Source of the DNA: Shigella phage ESh36
Sequence record: ON528746
Length of the DNA stretch: 64,000 bases
Strand: one strand, 5' to 3'
Shown in pieces: positions 28,801-36,769 of this stretch (its first letter is position 1; every line of letters begins with the position of its first letter). The notes beneath the pieces were generated by a model. That model was not told the DNA's origin and searched no databases. It saw only the letters and a program-made list of their open reading frames with translations. The position numbers and the translations under genes are program-made.

Positions 28801-28975
28801 TTAAAGTTTCAATATAAGAATCAAGATTTACTTTAGCTTCTTCCATAAGAGTTTTGTATTTAATCTTGTTAGCATGTCCGGAGAAAGCTGATTCATCAAT
28901 AACTGTTGCTGTATGAACAGCTTTGCTATATGTTTCAATTAATTCTTTTAATTTAAAAGCCTGCTCACTTGTCAT
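28790..28975 (-). CDS. Hypothetical small protein (first gene after the promoter)
   Basis: 61 aa ORF. Confidence 0.4.
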   Translation of the reverse strand: MTSEQAFKLKELIETYSKAVHTATVIDESAFSGHANKIKYKTLMEEAKVNLDSYIETLIGE

Positions 28976-29105
28976 TACATACTCCTTTGAATAATATCAA
29001 TAATGTTGTTCACCAGATTATAAGTAAACATTGGGTAATTATATTGAATCATCACATACACAACAAACAAAACTTTCATTCTCTTCTCCTTGGCAGTTGA
29101 CAAGA

Positions 29106-29139
29106 TTACTATACCATAACCTTGCCAACTTGTAAACCA
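29106..29139 (-). promoter_or_regulatory. T4-type early promoter
   Basis: GTTTAC-18 bp-TATAGT. Confidence 0.6.
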
Positions 29140-29313
29140 TTAAATGACGTTTTCAATAAAATTCTGAAGCTTTGTGTGAGCATCAACCATGATTTTCATT
29201 TCTTCTTTTGCGAAAGCTGTACCTCTTTCACGAGAAGAACATTCATAGTCAGAAACTGCATTAGCATATTCTTCAATTAGCTTCATTAAAAACATCTGCT
29301 TTTCAGTTTTCAT
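29140..29313 (-). CDS. Small ORF (57 aa) missed by the ORF track
   Basis: Manual read: MKTEKQMFLMKLIEEYANAVSDYECSSRERGTAFAKEEMKIMVDAHTKLQNFIENVI; stop abuts the promoter -35. Confidence 0.35.
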   Translation of the reverse strand: MKTEKQMFLMKLIEEYANAVSDYECSSRERGTAFAKEEMKIMVDAHTKLQNFIENVI

Positions 29314-29497
29314 TATTCCACCTAATCATTTCAAGATATTGAACTAACTTAGCTTTAGATTTATCCAAATCCTTTTTAGCTGCTTCTATACCATCGTATG
29401 AATATCCTTCACAATGCTCAACTGCTAATTGATATGAATCTATTTCAATATCACGTGCTAATTTAATGATTTTTTCAAACTGTTCGCGTGTTAGCAT
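29303..29497 (-). CDS. Hypothetical small acidic protein
   Basis: 64 aa ORF. Confidence 0.4.
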   Translation of the reverse strand: MLTREQFEKIIKLARDIEIDSYQLAVEHCEGYSYDGIEAAKKDLDKSKAKLVQYLEMIRWNNEN

Positions 29498-29499
29498 AC

Positions 29500-29739
29500 T
29501 TACACTCTCGTATTATGATCGATAATTTCATCAAGAAACATATCTAACGCTTCTATAGCATTATCCACTTTAGTTTCAAAGTCTTTAATGCCTTTATTCG
29601 AAATACCCGATGAATACCAAGCAAAGTCAATCAGCTCTTCATCTGCTTTACGAATTGAAGCCACTAATTCCTTGATTTTATCTGCTTGCTCTATACTAAT
29701 CATTATTCCACCACATATGACAGAGAGAATATTGCACAC
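29500..29739 (-). CDS. Hypothetical small protein
   Basis: 79 aa ORF. Confidence 0.4.
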   Translation of the reverse strand: MCNILSVICGGIMISIEQADKIKELVASIRKADEELIDFAWYSSGISNKGIKDFETKVDNAIEALDMFLDEIIDHNTRV

Positions 29740-29879
29740 GCCATGTGAATTGCAACTTCATCACACATATCATAACGTTTCTTAAGAAGTTCTACAAGTT
29801 CTTCACTAGTGACTTCATCCATGTCGACGAAAAAATCACCATTAATGATGACATAGCGATTAAGTGCTTCAATTTTCAT
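29703..29879 (-). CDS. Hypothetical small protein; start moved to the ATG after the promoter
   Basis: ATG at 29879 with GGAG SD gives 58 aa ([17 protein letters not shown]...); the ORF-track start at 29924 is inside the promoter. Confidence 0.4.
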   Translation of the reverse strand: MKIEALNRYVIINGDFFVDMDEVTSEELVELLKKRYDMCDEVAIHMACAIFSLSYVVE

Positions 29880-29905
29880 GATGTTCTCCTCTTTATCCGA
29901 TGGTT

Positions 29906-29939
29906 GTATAGTACCACAGCTCAAACGTAAAGTAAACCG
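29906..29939 (-). promoter_or_regulatory. T4-type early promoter
   Basis: GTTTAC-18 bp-TACTAT. Confidence 0.6.
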
Positions 29940-29952
29940 GTAAAATGAAAAA

Positions 29953-29970
29953 AGTCTCCCGAAGGAGACT
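29953..29970 (-). terminator. Intrinsic terminator (UUCG-loop hairpin plus U-run)
   Basis: AGTCTCC-CGAA-GGAGACT; transcript continues UUUUUUCAUUUU. Confidence 0.65.
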
Positions 29971-29974
29971 AACG

Positions 29975-30361
29975 TTATTCGAGGGAAAGAAGATACTTAC
30001 TCTGGTAAAACATTCCAGTAATATCATCTATCGTGCTTTGGATGGCTGGAGGCATTTCTTTATAAATGCTGTTAGATTGGTCTAGTATGCGATCAATCAT
30101 TTTAATTGTGTCGGTAGGAAGTTTACTAGCATCTGGAATTGAAGGTGTGTATTTTCTACCAGAATACCCCAAATATTGCTCACCAAATTTATCAATCAAA
30201 TCTGGCAACTCGGAGAAAATAAAATCGTATGCTTTGTGTCTAGCATAACTTTTAGTTTCAAAATGCGCAGAATGAAAATAAGCTTGTGCAGCCATTAATA
30301 AACCTAAGTATTCATCTGCCTTTGAAGGTTTTCCACTTTGTGAAAAGTCGCTGAATTTCAT
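29975..30361 (-). CDS. Hypothetical protein (rI.-1 position)
   Basis: 128 aa ORF; 4-nt overlap with rI. Confidence 0.45.
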   Translation of the reverse strand: MKFSDFSQSGKPSKADEYLGLLMAAQAYFHSAHFETKSYARHKAYDFIFSELPDLIDKFGEQYLGYSGRKYTPSIPDASKLPTDTIKMIDRILDQSNSIYKEMPPAIQSTIDDITGMFYQSKYLLSLE

Positions 30362-30651
30362 TCAGTCTCCAATTTAATGTTCATAATTCTAGCGTATGAT
30401 TGTGCCATCTCCGCGCCTCGCTCTATACATTCAAAATCGGAAGAGCACGGGTCATTTTTATAAGTCGTTCGCATAAAACTATAGAACTGTTCAGATGATT
30501 CTACGCTTTTATTTTCAAAAAGCATATAAACGTGTCTAATACCAGATTCCATAAATTTATCAAAATGAGGATCGACATTCGCTTCAATTGGTGGAGATAA
30601 AGCAAACGCTAATCCTAGCATGGCAAATAGTGCCGTTGCTTTTAAGGCCAT
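30358..30651 (-). CDS. rI: Lysis inhibition regulator RI
   Basis: 97 aa; MALKATALFAMLGL...ANVDPHFDKFMESGIRHVYMLFENKSVESSEQF... matches T4 RI (signal anchor). Confidence 0.88.
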   Translation of the reverse strand: MALKATALFAMLGLAFALSPPIEANVDPHFDKFMESGIRHVYMLFENKSVESSEQFYSFMRTTYKNDPCSSDFECIERGAEMAQSYARIMNIKLETE

Positions 30652-30663
30652 AAAGGCCTCCTA

Positions 30664-30876
30664 TCATTTTTGTCCTGTATTTACTTTATGCCGATGCACG
30701 GCCTTAACTTTATCAAGGTATTTTTCAAAATTTCGCAATCTAGTATAGTCTGCCGGAGATTGGTTGAGTGATACTTCTCGACGCAAAGCTGAAATGATAT
30801 TTCCAACTTCCCTACGAATTTCATCTAATTGAAGAACAGTAAGATTGCGAAGTTGCTTTTCAGTTAATTGTAGCAT
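30664..30876 (-). CDS. Hypothetical protein (rI.1 position)
   Basis: 70 aa ORF. Confidence 0.45.
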
Positions 30877-30918
30877 ATATACCCCTTTAGTTAGATAAAC
30901 CTATTTATAACTTTTGCA

Positions 30919-31500
30919 CTAACCGAGCTTTTTAGTTAATTCATTCCAATGTTTTCTACACAAAGAAACATAAATTTCATCACCAATACAGATTTGATTA
31001 CCTTCTTTAACTGGTGTTCCATCTTCCATTAATCGAGCTGTCATAATAGCTTTTTTACCACAATGACAAACTGCCTTTAGTTCAATAAGTTTATCTGCAA
31101 TCGCCAAAAGTTCTTTAGAACCTTCAAACAATTTTCCAGCGAAATCAGTCCTTAGCCCATAAGCCATAACAGGAACATTATATGTATCAACAATTCGACT
31201 TAATTGATGCACCTGTTCAGTTTTTAAAAACTGAGCTTCATCTACAAATACACAATGAATATCTTTTTGTGCTTCAGCCCATTTATAGAACTCAAAAATA
31301 TCCATATCATCCGTAATAATATTCGCTTCCTGCTTAATTCCAATGCGAGAAACGACTTCACAGACAGAATCGCGAGTATCAATAGCAGGCTTAAGAACTA
31401 ATACACTCATTCCGCGTTCTTTATAATTATGTGCAGCAGTCAAAAGAGAAGCAGATTTTCCAGCATTCATTGCTGCGTAAGTAAAAATTAAACTCGCCAT
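30919..31500 (-). CDS. tk: Thymidine kinase
   Basis: 193 aa; P-loop AAMNAGKSASLL; matches T4 Tk. Confidence 0.9.
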   Translation of the reverse strand: MASLIFTYAAMNAGKSASLLTAAHNYKERGMSVLVLKPAIDTRDSVCEVVSRIGIKQEANIITDDMDIFEFYKWAEAQKDIHCVFVDEAQFLKTEQVHQLSRIVDTYNVPVMAYGLRTDFAGKLFEGSKELLAIADKLIELKAVCHCGKKAIMTARLMEDGTPVKEGNQICIGDEIYVSLCRKHWNELTKKLG

Positions 31501-31509
31501 ATCACCTTC

Positions 31510-31695
31510 TTAAAGCATATTCACATAAGCTATTAATTCGTTTTCTTTCTTATCAAACCGATCAGCAAATTCTTCCTGCTGTTCAGGAGATAGCGGGCCG
31601 TATTCATCATAAAAGGTGTTTGCTTCTGTATGCTCATCTAGAAGTTCATGGATAAGCTCAAACAATTTATCTTTTTGTTCTTTACTCAGACTCAT
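31510..31695 (-). CDS. Hypothetical small acidic protein (tk.1 position)
   Basis: 61 aa ORF. Confidence 0.4.
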   Translation of the reverse strand: MSLSKEQKDKLFELIHELLDEHTEANTFYDEYGPLSPEQQEEFADRFDKKENELIAYVNML

Positions 31696-31861
31696 GTATT
31701 AATTTCCAGGAGTTTTAAAATAATTCGCTTTTGCTTAAATATTTCCATGGTTAAATGACCAGTATCTTTTTGACCGATTCCAATGGCAAAACCTTTATTG
31801 ACAGCGAGTTCAATTAAATTATCAAGCTCACGTAACACTTCATATTGTAACTCAAAACTAT

Positions 31862-32089
31862 TCATTTTGGTTTACCTTCTTTAACGAAATCAGGATAAGG
31901 ATAAAATCCTGAATAAAATCCTTCACCTTTATGATTGATGCATCCTTTATTAGAACAATAGCACCAATAATCGAAATCACAAGCCATTTCATCATTACAT
32001 AAAGCAAAAACAACCGGCCATTCACACTTTTCGCAGTGGGCATTTTTAAGAATACTTGTTTGGCTCATAACCATGTAACCTTTAAACAA
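31862..32089 (-). CDS. Cys-rich small protein (tk.2 position)
   Basis: 75 aa with 9 Cys (CEKCEW...CNDEMACDFDYWCYCSNKGC). Confidence 0.4.
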   Translation of the reverse strand: MFKGYMVMSQTSILKNAHCEKCEWPVVFALCNDEMACDFDYWCYCSNKGCINHKGEGFYSGFYPYPDFVKEGKPK

Positions 32090-32277
32090 TATTCTTCTAC
32101 GTGTTGTTTACGACCTTTCTTATCAATAAAGGTATATTCAACGAATGTTCCAATATAGTCTTTATCTACATCATGAGGACTATTAATTGGGCATTTAGTA
32201 CGGCAAATGCGTTCCCATTGACGAATAATTTCCACTTTGTTTTTAGGATCAAACGGATGCGGGTAATGTACTTTCAT
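32065..32277 (-). CDS. Hypothetical protein (tk.3 position)
   Basis: 70 aa ORF. Confidence 0.4.
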   Translation of the reverse strand: MKVHYPHPFDPKNKVEIIRQWERICRTKCPINSPHDVDKDYIGTFVEYTFIDKKGRKQHVEEYCLKVTWL

Positions 32278-32728
32278 AATCCACCACTATTAAATCAATA
32301 TCAGGAGTAAACATGTCGATTAATTTAGAAACCTTATCCCAATCGCCGCCAGCAATACCGCAACCTATGCGTGGAATGTAAATTACTGGTTTAAACAAAA
32401 GGGTTTCTGCCTGTAGATTTAATTCTATCATGCAGTTTACTAAAGCACCATAATCAAGATTAGGACCCGGTTCATATTGCGTATACAGGTTATAGCATAT
32501 ACCAAATCCTGTAGGATTATGTTTAAAAACAATAGACATATCGCCTAATTTATCACGAGAACCGTACTCGGTAGTGGTTTTATCTATTTCTAAAATTTTG
32601 GGATAGGCTCTTGCTAATTGACCTGCTACGCCAGAGCCCATTGTGTGGAAGCAATTGCACCCGTGCGCAATAATATTACCTTGAAGAAATAGGGCGACAA
32701 TATCGCCCTTGATATATTTTACAATCAT
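32249..32728 (-). CDS. Macro-domain-like protein (ADP-ribose binding/processing fold; tk.4 position)
   Basis: 159 aa; N-x2-N...GxGVAG segment (IAHGCNCFHTMGSGVAGQLARAYP) and later GCGIAGG, as in macro domains. Confidence 0.45.
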   Translation of the reverse strand: MIVKYIKGDIVALFLQGNIIAHGCNCFHTMGSGVAGQLARAYPKILEIDKTTTEYGSRDKLGDMSIVFKHNPTGFGICYNLYTQYEPGPNLDYGALVNCMIELNLQAETLLFKPVIYIPRIGCGIAGGDWDKVSKLIDMFTPDIDLIVVDYESTLPASV

Positions 32729-33072
32729 CTAGTACTCAATCCTCGATTATAAGAATCTACTAAACGGTCAACCATTGAATGACAAGCGGCTTTATCTTTC
32801 TCCTCCGCAACTGAACATTCTAAGGTATTCCACTTTTTAGCATATCGTTTTAACAATGTATCATTTTTGTATCTGCTTGATTTATCTCTTTCTCCGTCTT
32901 TATATGCATATATTAATTTCTGTGCAAATTCAGCTTGGCATGCTTTATTTTTCCCGCAATAATCCGCGGCAGTACGATTTACATACTCTCTAATTTCAGT
33001 ATATGATGTATCTGCTGATGCAGAAGCAGAAAATGAAATTAATCCTATACATAAAACCAAAATTTTAGTCAT
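32725..33072 (-). CDS. Secreted/periplasmic small protein at the vs position
   Basis: 115 aa; N-terminal signal peptide (MTKILVLCIGLISFSASASA); several Cys. Confidence 0.45.
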   Translation of the reverse strand: MTKILVLCIGLISFSASASADTSYTEIREYVNRTAADYCGKNKACQAEFAQKLIYAYKDGERDKSSRYKNDTLLKRYAKKWNTLECSVAEEKDKAACHSMVDRLVDSYNRGLSTR

Positions 33073-33610
33073 TTACTATTTCCAAAAGTTTATTATTTTT
33101 AAGGTAATTAGCCTTTTCTAGGACTTCAGAAGCATATTTAGAACCTGCTTTAACATTCCATCCCGAATTATAAGAGGATATTGCTTTTCTTATATCGCCC
33201 TTATGTATATTTAACCAATAAGAAAGTTCAATGTACGCCCAGGAAGCTGAATTGGACCGTTTATTCAACATTCTTTTTATTTCAGCATCGGTCATATTAT
33301 AACCAAGTTCCTTAACTCTTGCTCGCATAGTTGGCAAATAATTTTGGAACATTCCATAGGCATGATGCTTTGGTTTAGATTTTAAATTAACTCCGGCAGA
33401 GCTTTCTTGCCACAAAATAGCAGCCATTATATGACCCAATCCGCTCTTGTGGATATTTTTGTGTGTTTTATATTTTCCATCCTTAGAAAATTGTTCCCCG
33501 AATTGATATGCGTAACGCATGTTATCGAGTTGGACATTACTGAAAGTATGCTCGGAGCTATGCGCCATCATTGAAATGGCCAATAGACCAGCGAGTAGTG
33601 CTTTTCTCAT
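33065..33610 (-). CDS. Lytic transglycosylase-like protein with signal peptide (vs.1 position)
   Basis: 181 aa; signal peptide; SLT-type segment AAILWQESSAG...YGMFQ. Confidence 0.55.
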   Translation of the reverse strand: MRKALLAGLLAISMMAHSSEHTFSNVQLDNMRYAYQFGEQFSKDGKYKTHKNIHKSGLGHIMAAILWQESSAGVNLKSKPKHHAYGMFQNYLPTMRARVKELGYNMTDAEIKRMLNKRSNSASWAYIELSYWLNIHKGDIRKAISSYNSGWNVKAGSKYASEVLEKANYLKNNKLLEIVND

Positions 33611-33617
33611 GCTTACC

Positions 33618-34079
33618 TCATTGAGTTTTAATTACTGCTTTAGAAGCCTTTCCTGGTAAACGACGACTGTTGATAATTGCCATCCTGCATTGAAGCGACG
33701 GGTCTTTGAACTTCGCATTAGGTTTACAAACTGTAAATCCAAGCCAAAGATTTCCATCTGTAATTTCTAAACGTCCAGGACGGTATTCAACCCCATCAAT
33801 AAAATCCTCGTCAATGTCAGGACGCGGAGGCATACTCAGGAATTCATTAACTTCTAAAACATGGTCTTTTATTTTGTGGAATAATTCAAAAACATATGTC
33901 TCATCAATCTCCCGTTGAATTGCACGATCAAGAAGATGCTGAGAATATTTTAGATGAAACGATGAGACCCCTGCTGCTTTTGATGCCTCACGAATCTCAT
34001 TGTTAATTTGACGAAACTCCGACTCAAAGTGACGACGAAGCTTATTTCGACGGATAAAAACTTCTGTGTTGATAGTCAT
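33618..34079 (-). CDS. regB: Endoribonuclease RegB
   Basis: 153 aa; MTINTEVFIRRNKLRRHFESEFRQINNEIREASKAAGV... matches T4 RegB. Confidence 0.88.
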   Translation of the reverse strand: MTINTEVFIRRNKLRRHFESEFRQINNEIREASKAAGVSSFHLKYSQHLLDRAIQREIDETYVFELFHKIKDHVLEVNEFLSMPPRPDIDEDFIDGVEYRPGRLEITDGNLWLGFTVCKPNAKFKDPSLQCRMAIINSRRLPGKASKAVIKTQ

Positions 34080-34104
34080 GTTATTCTCCTCTTAACTGAT
34101 AGAA

Positions 34105-34138
34105 AAATTATACCACAGTCAAGAGGAAAAGTAAACAG
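34105..34138 (-). promoter_or_regulatory. T4-type early promoter (regB)
   Basis: GTTTAC-18 bp-TATAAT ~25 nt upstream of the regB ATG. Confidence 0.65.
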
Positions 34139-34417
34139 TTATTCTTTAAATCTAATCAATTTATTCATAGACTTTGAAACTTCTGCACGGACCTCATGCA
34201 GGTTTTTAAGCTGTTCAAGACGTTGCTCATAGTAAGCAATTTCATCTTCTTCAAGACAGTCCTGTGAATCTTCTTTAAGATAACGCGCATAGTCCTGGAA
34301 AGCTTTACGGACTACTTCTTGGAAGTCATCAAGACTTTGAATTTTCTTAGGAGCAACAGATACACGACGAGGGGCAGTATAATACTCATAACCAAACCCT
34401 GCGCTTAATTGAGCCAT
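34139..34417 (-). CDS. Hypothetical protein (vs.3 position)
   Basis: 92 aa from the ATG at 34417 ([13 protein letters not shown]...), overlapping the stop of the upstream gene. Confidence 0.4.
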   Translation of the reverse strand: MAQLSAGFGYEYYTAPRRVSVAPKKIQSLDDFQEVVRKAFQDYARYLKEDSQDCLEEDEIAYYEQRLEQLKNLHEVRAEVSKSMNKLIRFKE

Positions 34418-34683
34418 TAATATTTTTCCTCTGGTTGGAACACAGCACGACAAGCCCACATACTGGCTTCTTTGAGTTTCGTTTTAGCAATAGTTAACTG
34501 ATCGAGGCTTTCAGCATAATTCTTCGCGAATTCACAGTCTTCACAATTATCTAGTGCTTCCCAAAATTCATCGTATAAAGCGTCAAAGATAAGTCCTAAA
34601 CGAACTTCAGCATCTTTGATAGCATTCACTTTACTGATTTTATCGTCAGTATGTGGCTTATAACCTTTAATATCTTCAATCAT
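34417..34683 (-). CDS. Candidate Acb2 (anti-CBASS cyclic-oligonucleotide sponge; vs.4 position)
   Basis: 88 aa from the ATG at 34683 with GAGGAAG SD; position equals T4 vs.4, which I recall as Acb2; sequence not independently verified. Confidence 0.4.
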   Translation of the reverse strand: MIEDIKGYKPHTDDKISKVNAIKDAEVRLGLIFDALYDEFWEALDNCEDCEFAKNYAESLDQLTIAKTKLKEASMWACRAVFQPEEKY

Positions 34684-34897
34684 ATTTGACTTCCTCACCA
34701 GTACATAAATCATATTCAACTAAACGAATAGGTTCATGAATGCCATATCCTTGAACAGAAATTTCTGTCGTAGGATAAATTCCATCAATATCACCCATGG
34801 TCCATGCTTCATTAAATTGCTGTTCGCCTGAATTACTAAACCACTCGGCGAAAGCATTTAACACATCTTTAGAACCTTCAATAATTATCTTTGCCAT
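34676..34897 (-). CDS. Hypothetical protein (vs.5 position)
   Basis: 73 aa ORF. Confidence 0.4.
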   Translation of the reverse strand: MAKIIIEGSKDVLNAFAEWFSNSGEQQFNEAWTMGDIDGIYPTTEISVQGYGIHEPIRLVEYDLCTGEEVKYD

Positions 34898-35259
34898 TAC
34901 AAGCTCTCAGTAAAGGTACGAGCGATAACGTCGCGCTGCTGTTCCGGAGTCAGAGAGTTAAAGCGAACTGCATAACCGGATACACGGATGGTCAGCTGCG
35001 GATATTTTTCCGGATGCTTAACTGCATCTTCCAGAGTTTCACGACGCAGAACGTTAACGTTCAGGTGCTGACCACCTTCAATTTTAACGGTAGGCTGTGA
35101 TTCAATTTCAATTTCACGGGCATGCAAACCGTAGAAAATTTCTGGGTCTACAAAAGAGTCCTCTTTAAAGGTTTTAGAAACAATAATTCGTGCTTGAATA
35201 CCATCTTCAAAATAAATAGTACCTTTATGTGTGCCTTCAAGAATTTGATATGCTTTCAT
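34897..35259 (-). CDS. Autonomous glycyl radical cofactor GrcA/YfiD homologue (vs.6 position)
   Basis: 120 aa; C-terminal ~60 aa (...[59 protein letters not shown]) matches E. coli GrcA as remembered; glycyl radical motif RVSGY. Confidence 0.8.
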   Translation of the reverse strand: MKAYQILEGTHKGTIYFEDGIQARIIVSKTFKEDSFVDPEIFYGLHAREIEIESQPTVKIEGGQHLNVNVLRRETLEDAVKHPEKYPQLTIRVSGYAVRFNSLTPEQQRDVIARTFTESL

Positions 35260-35265
35260 ATAACC

Positions 35266-35646
35266 TCAATTAGAAAATAAATTTATCCAAGATTGTTCTT
35301 TAATTAAAAATGGCTCAGAATCATATGCCATTAAACTTTGTGTGATTAGTCCTTTAAAAGGCCCATCAATAAATTCCATGGTAAAATATGGAATTTTATT
35401 CATTAATCTTGCATTAGGAGCAGTACACAAAACTCTGCATCCTTTGAATACACCTTTTTGTAATTTGTATTGCTTAGGATAAAATTCGCTCAAGACGTTG
35501 TTATTTGCCAAAATTTCAAAATGATTCACCAATTTATTTTTAATAGTTTTTGGTGAAAAATAAAGATATTCGAAAAGTTGCGTGTCTGTCATCATTGCAT
35601 TCCAATCACAAAAAATTGAGGACGAGTAATACCGCCAATGCAGCAT
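35266..35646 (-). CDS. Hypothetical protein (vs.7 position)
   Basis: 126 aa ORF. Confidence 0.4.
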   Translation of the reverse strand: MLHWRYYSSSIFCDWNAMMTDTQLFEYLYFSPKTIKNKLVNHFEILANNNVLSEFYPKQYKLQKGVFKGCRVLCTAPNARLMNKIPYFTMEFIDGPFKGLITQSLMAYDSEPFLIKEQSWINLFSN

Positions 35647-36098
35647 TTACTATTGCAGCAGTGTTGCACAGTTTCAATATGAATATCATAAATTTTATCC
35701 ATATCAGGAGATTTAACAGGCTCATCGATTATATACAAAATCCGCGAAAGCGATAAACCTCTGAACTTGCTACCTCTATTACCAACAAAACTACGGATAG
35801 AATCGGTAAATAAGCGGAATCGAATATCATCGCTAGAATAACGAGAAAATTCTTTTTTAATGTGGCCCGCAGAAATTTTAGCGTAAGCTGAAGTATTAGA
35901 AAGAACAATAACTGTTCCACCATTATACAGCCAATTAGCAGCAAAGTTAGTCACAGCAGTTGATTTACCTGATTGACGTCCACCATCTAAACGAAGTGTA
36001 CAATATTCTTTAAATAAATGTGACGAATAAGGTACATAAAATCCACTATTACAAATTTCTTCTACTCTAGCATCAGAATGGTGTGTAAAAGCATTCAT
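35592..36098 (-). CDS. Small P-loop NTPase-like protein (vs.8 position)
   Basis: 168 aa; Walker A GGRQSGKST and Walker B-like ILYIIDEP. Confidence 0.45.
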   Translation of the reverse strand: MNAFTHHSDARVEEICNSGFYVPYSSHLFKEYCTLRLDGGRQSGKSTAVTNFAANWLYNGGTVIVLSNTSAYAKISAGHIKKEFSRYSSDDIRFRLFTDSIRSFVGNRGSKFRGLSLSRILYIIDEPVKSPDMDKIYDIHIETVQHCCNSKCCIGGITRPQFFVIGMQ

Positions 36099-36286
36099 CA
36101 GGATAGATAAGGACCAGTTAAAAATGTTCTCATTTTATTCTCTCTAAATTTGGGCCATTCCATGGCACATGAATTGTCCATTTCTGTATTTACCCATTAC
36201 CGCACTTGGGCTCGACCTTATTACAGGTTGGCGGGAATCCCTCATAGAATCATGAGGTCCAGCTTGTTCCCATATTTCTTATTTGC

Positions 36287-36760
36287 TTATTTGAATGATT
36301 TGACGTACTGAATAGAGCCTTTGCTATTCACGAAAGCGATTTTACCATTTTTGTTATACATGGTAGCAGTACGCTGATAACCATAAGTTTGTTTACCAGA
36401 TTGATAACCAACTAATGCGAAATTATCTTCACCCATTTTATTCTGCTTCGCGCGGATACGTTCATGACCATGTGCCATAAGAACCTTAGCGTCGCCAGTT
36501 GCAATGGATCTACGAGTTTTTTCATCTTCAACTGTATTAACAAAGTCGTCAAATGAATCAAATTTAGCGTGAGATTTATTATACAGTTTTCCATCTACTG
36601 CATAATTATATCCCTGTACATCCATCTCAACTTCTGTACCATCATCCAATACAGCAGTGATTTTTTGACCTTTTTTAAATTTCAAAAGATCAGTAAAAGA
36701 TTCAGCGATAATTTGAGAATTAATAGCTGCTTCAGTGATAAATTCTTGATATGTTTTCAT
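36287..36760 (-). CDS. Head internal protein (IP family) with capsid targeting sequence
   Basis: 157 aa; N-terminal MKTYQEFITEA leader typical of T4 internal proteins (cleaved after the Glu by the prohead protease). Confidence 0.6.
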   Translation of the reverse strand: MKTYQEFITEAAINSQIIAESFTDLLKFKKGQKITAVLDDGTEVEMDVQGYNYAVDGKLYNKSHAKFDSFDDFVNTVEDEKTRRSIATGDAKVLMAHGHERIRAKQNKMGEDNFALVGYQSGKQTYGYQRTATMYNKNGKIAFVNSKGSIQYVKSFK

Positions 36761-36769
36761 GTGTTTCCT

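Noticed and set aside
34897-35080. GC-rich host-like stretch considered as possible contamination or assembly chimera
   Set aside because: It is in frame and continuous with a phage-like 5' half, forming an intact GrcA-like ORF with proper gene packing; it is kept as a finding rather than an artefact.
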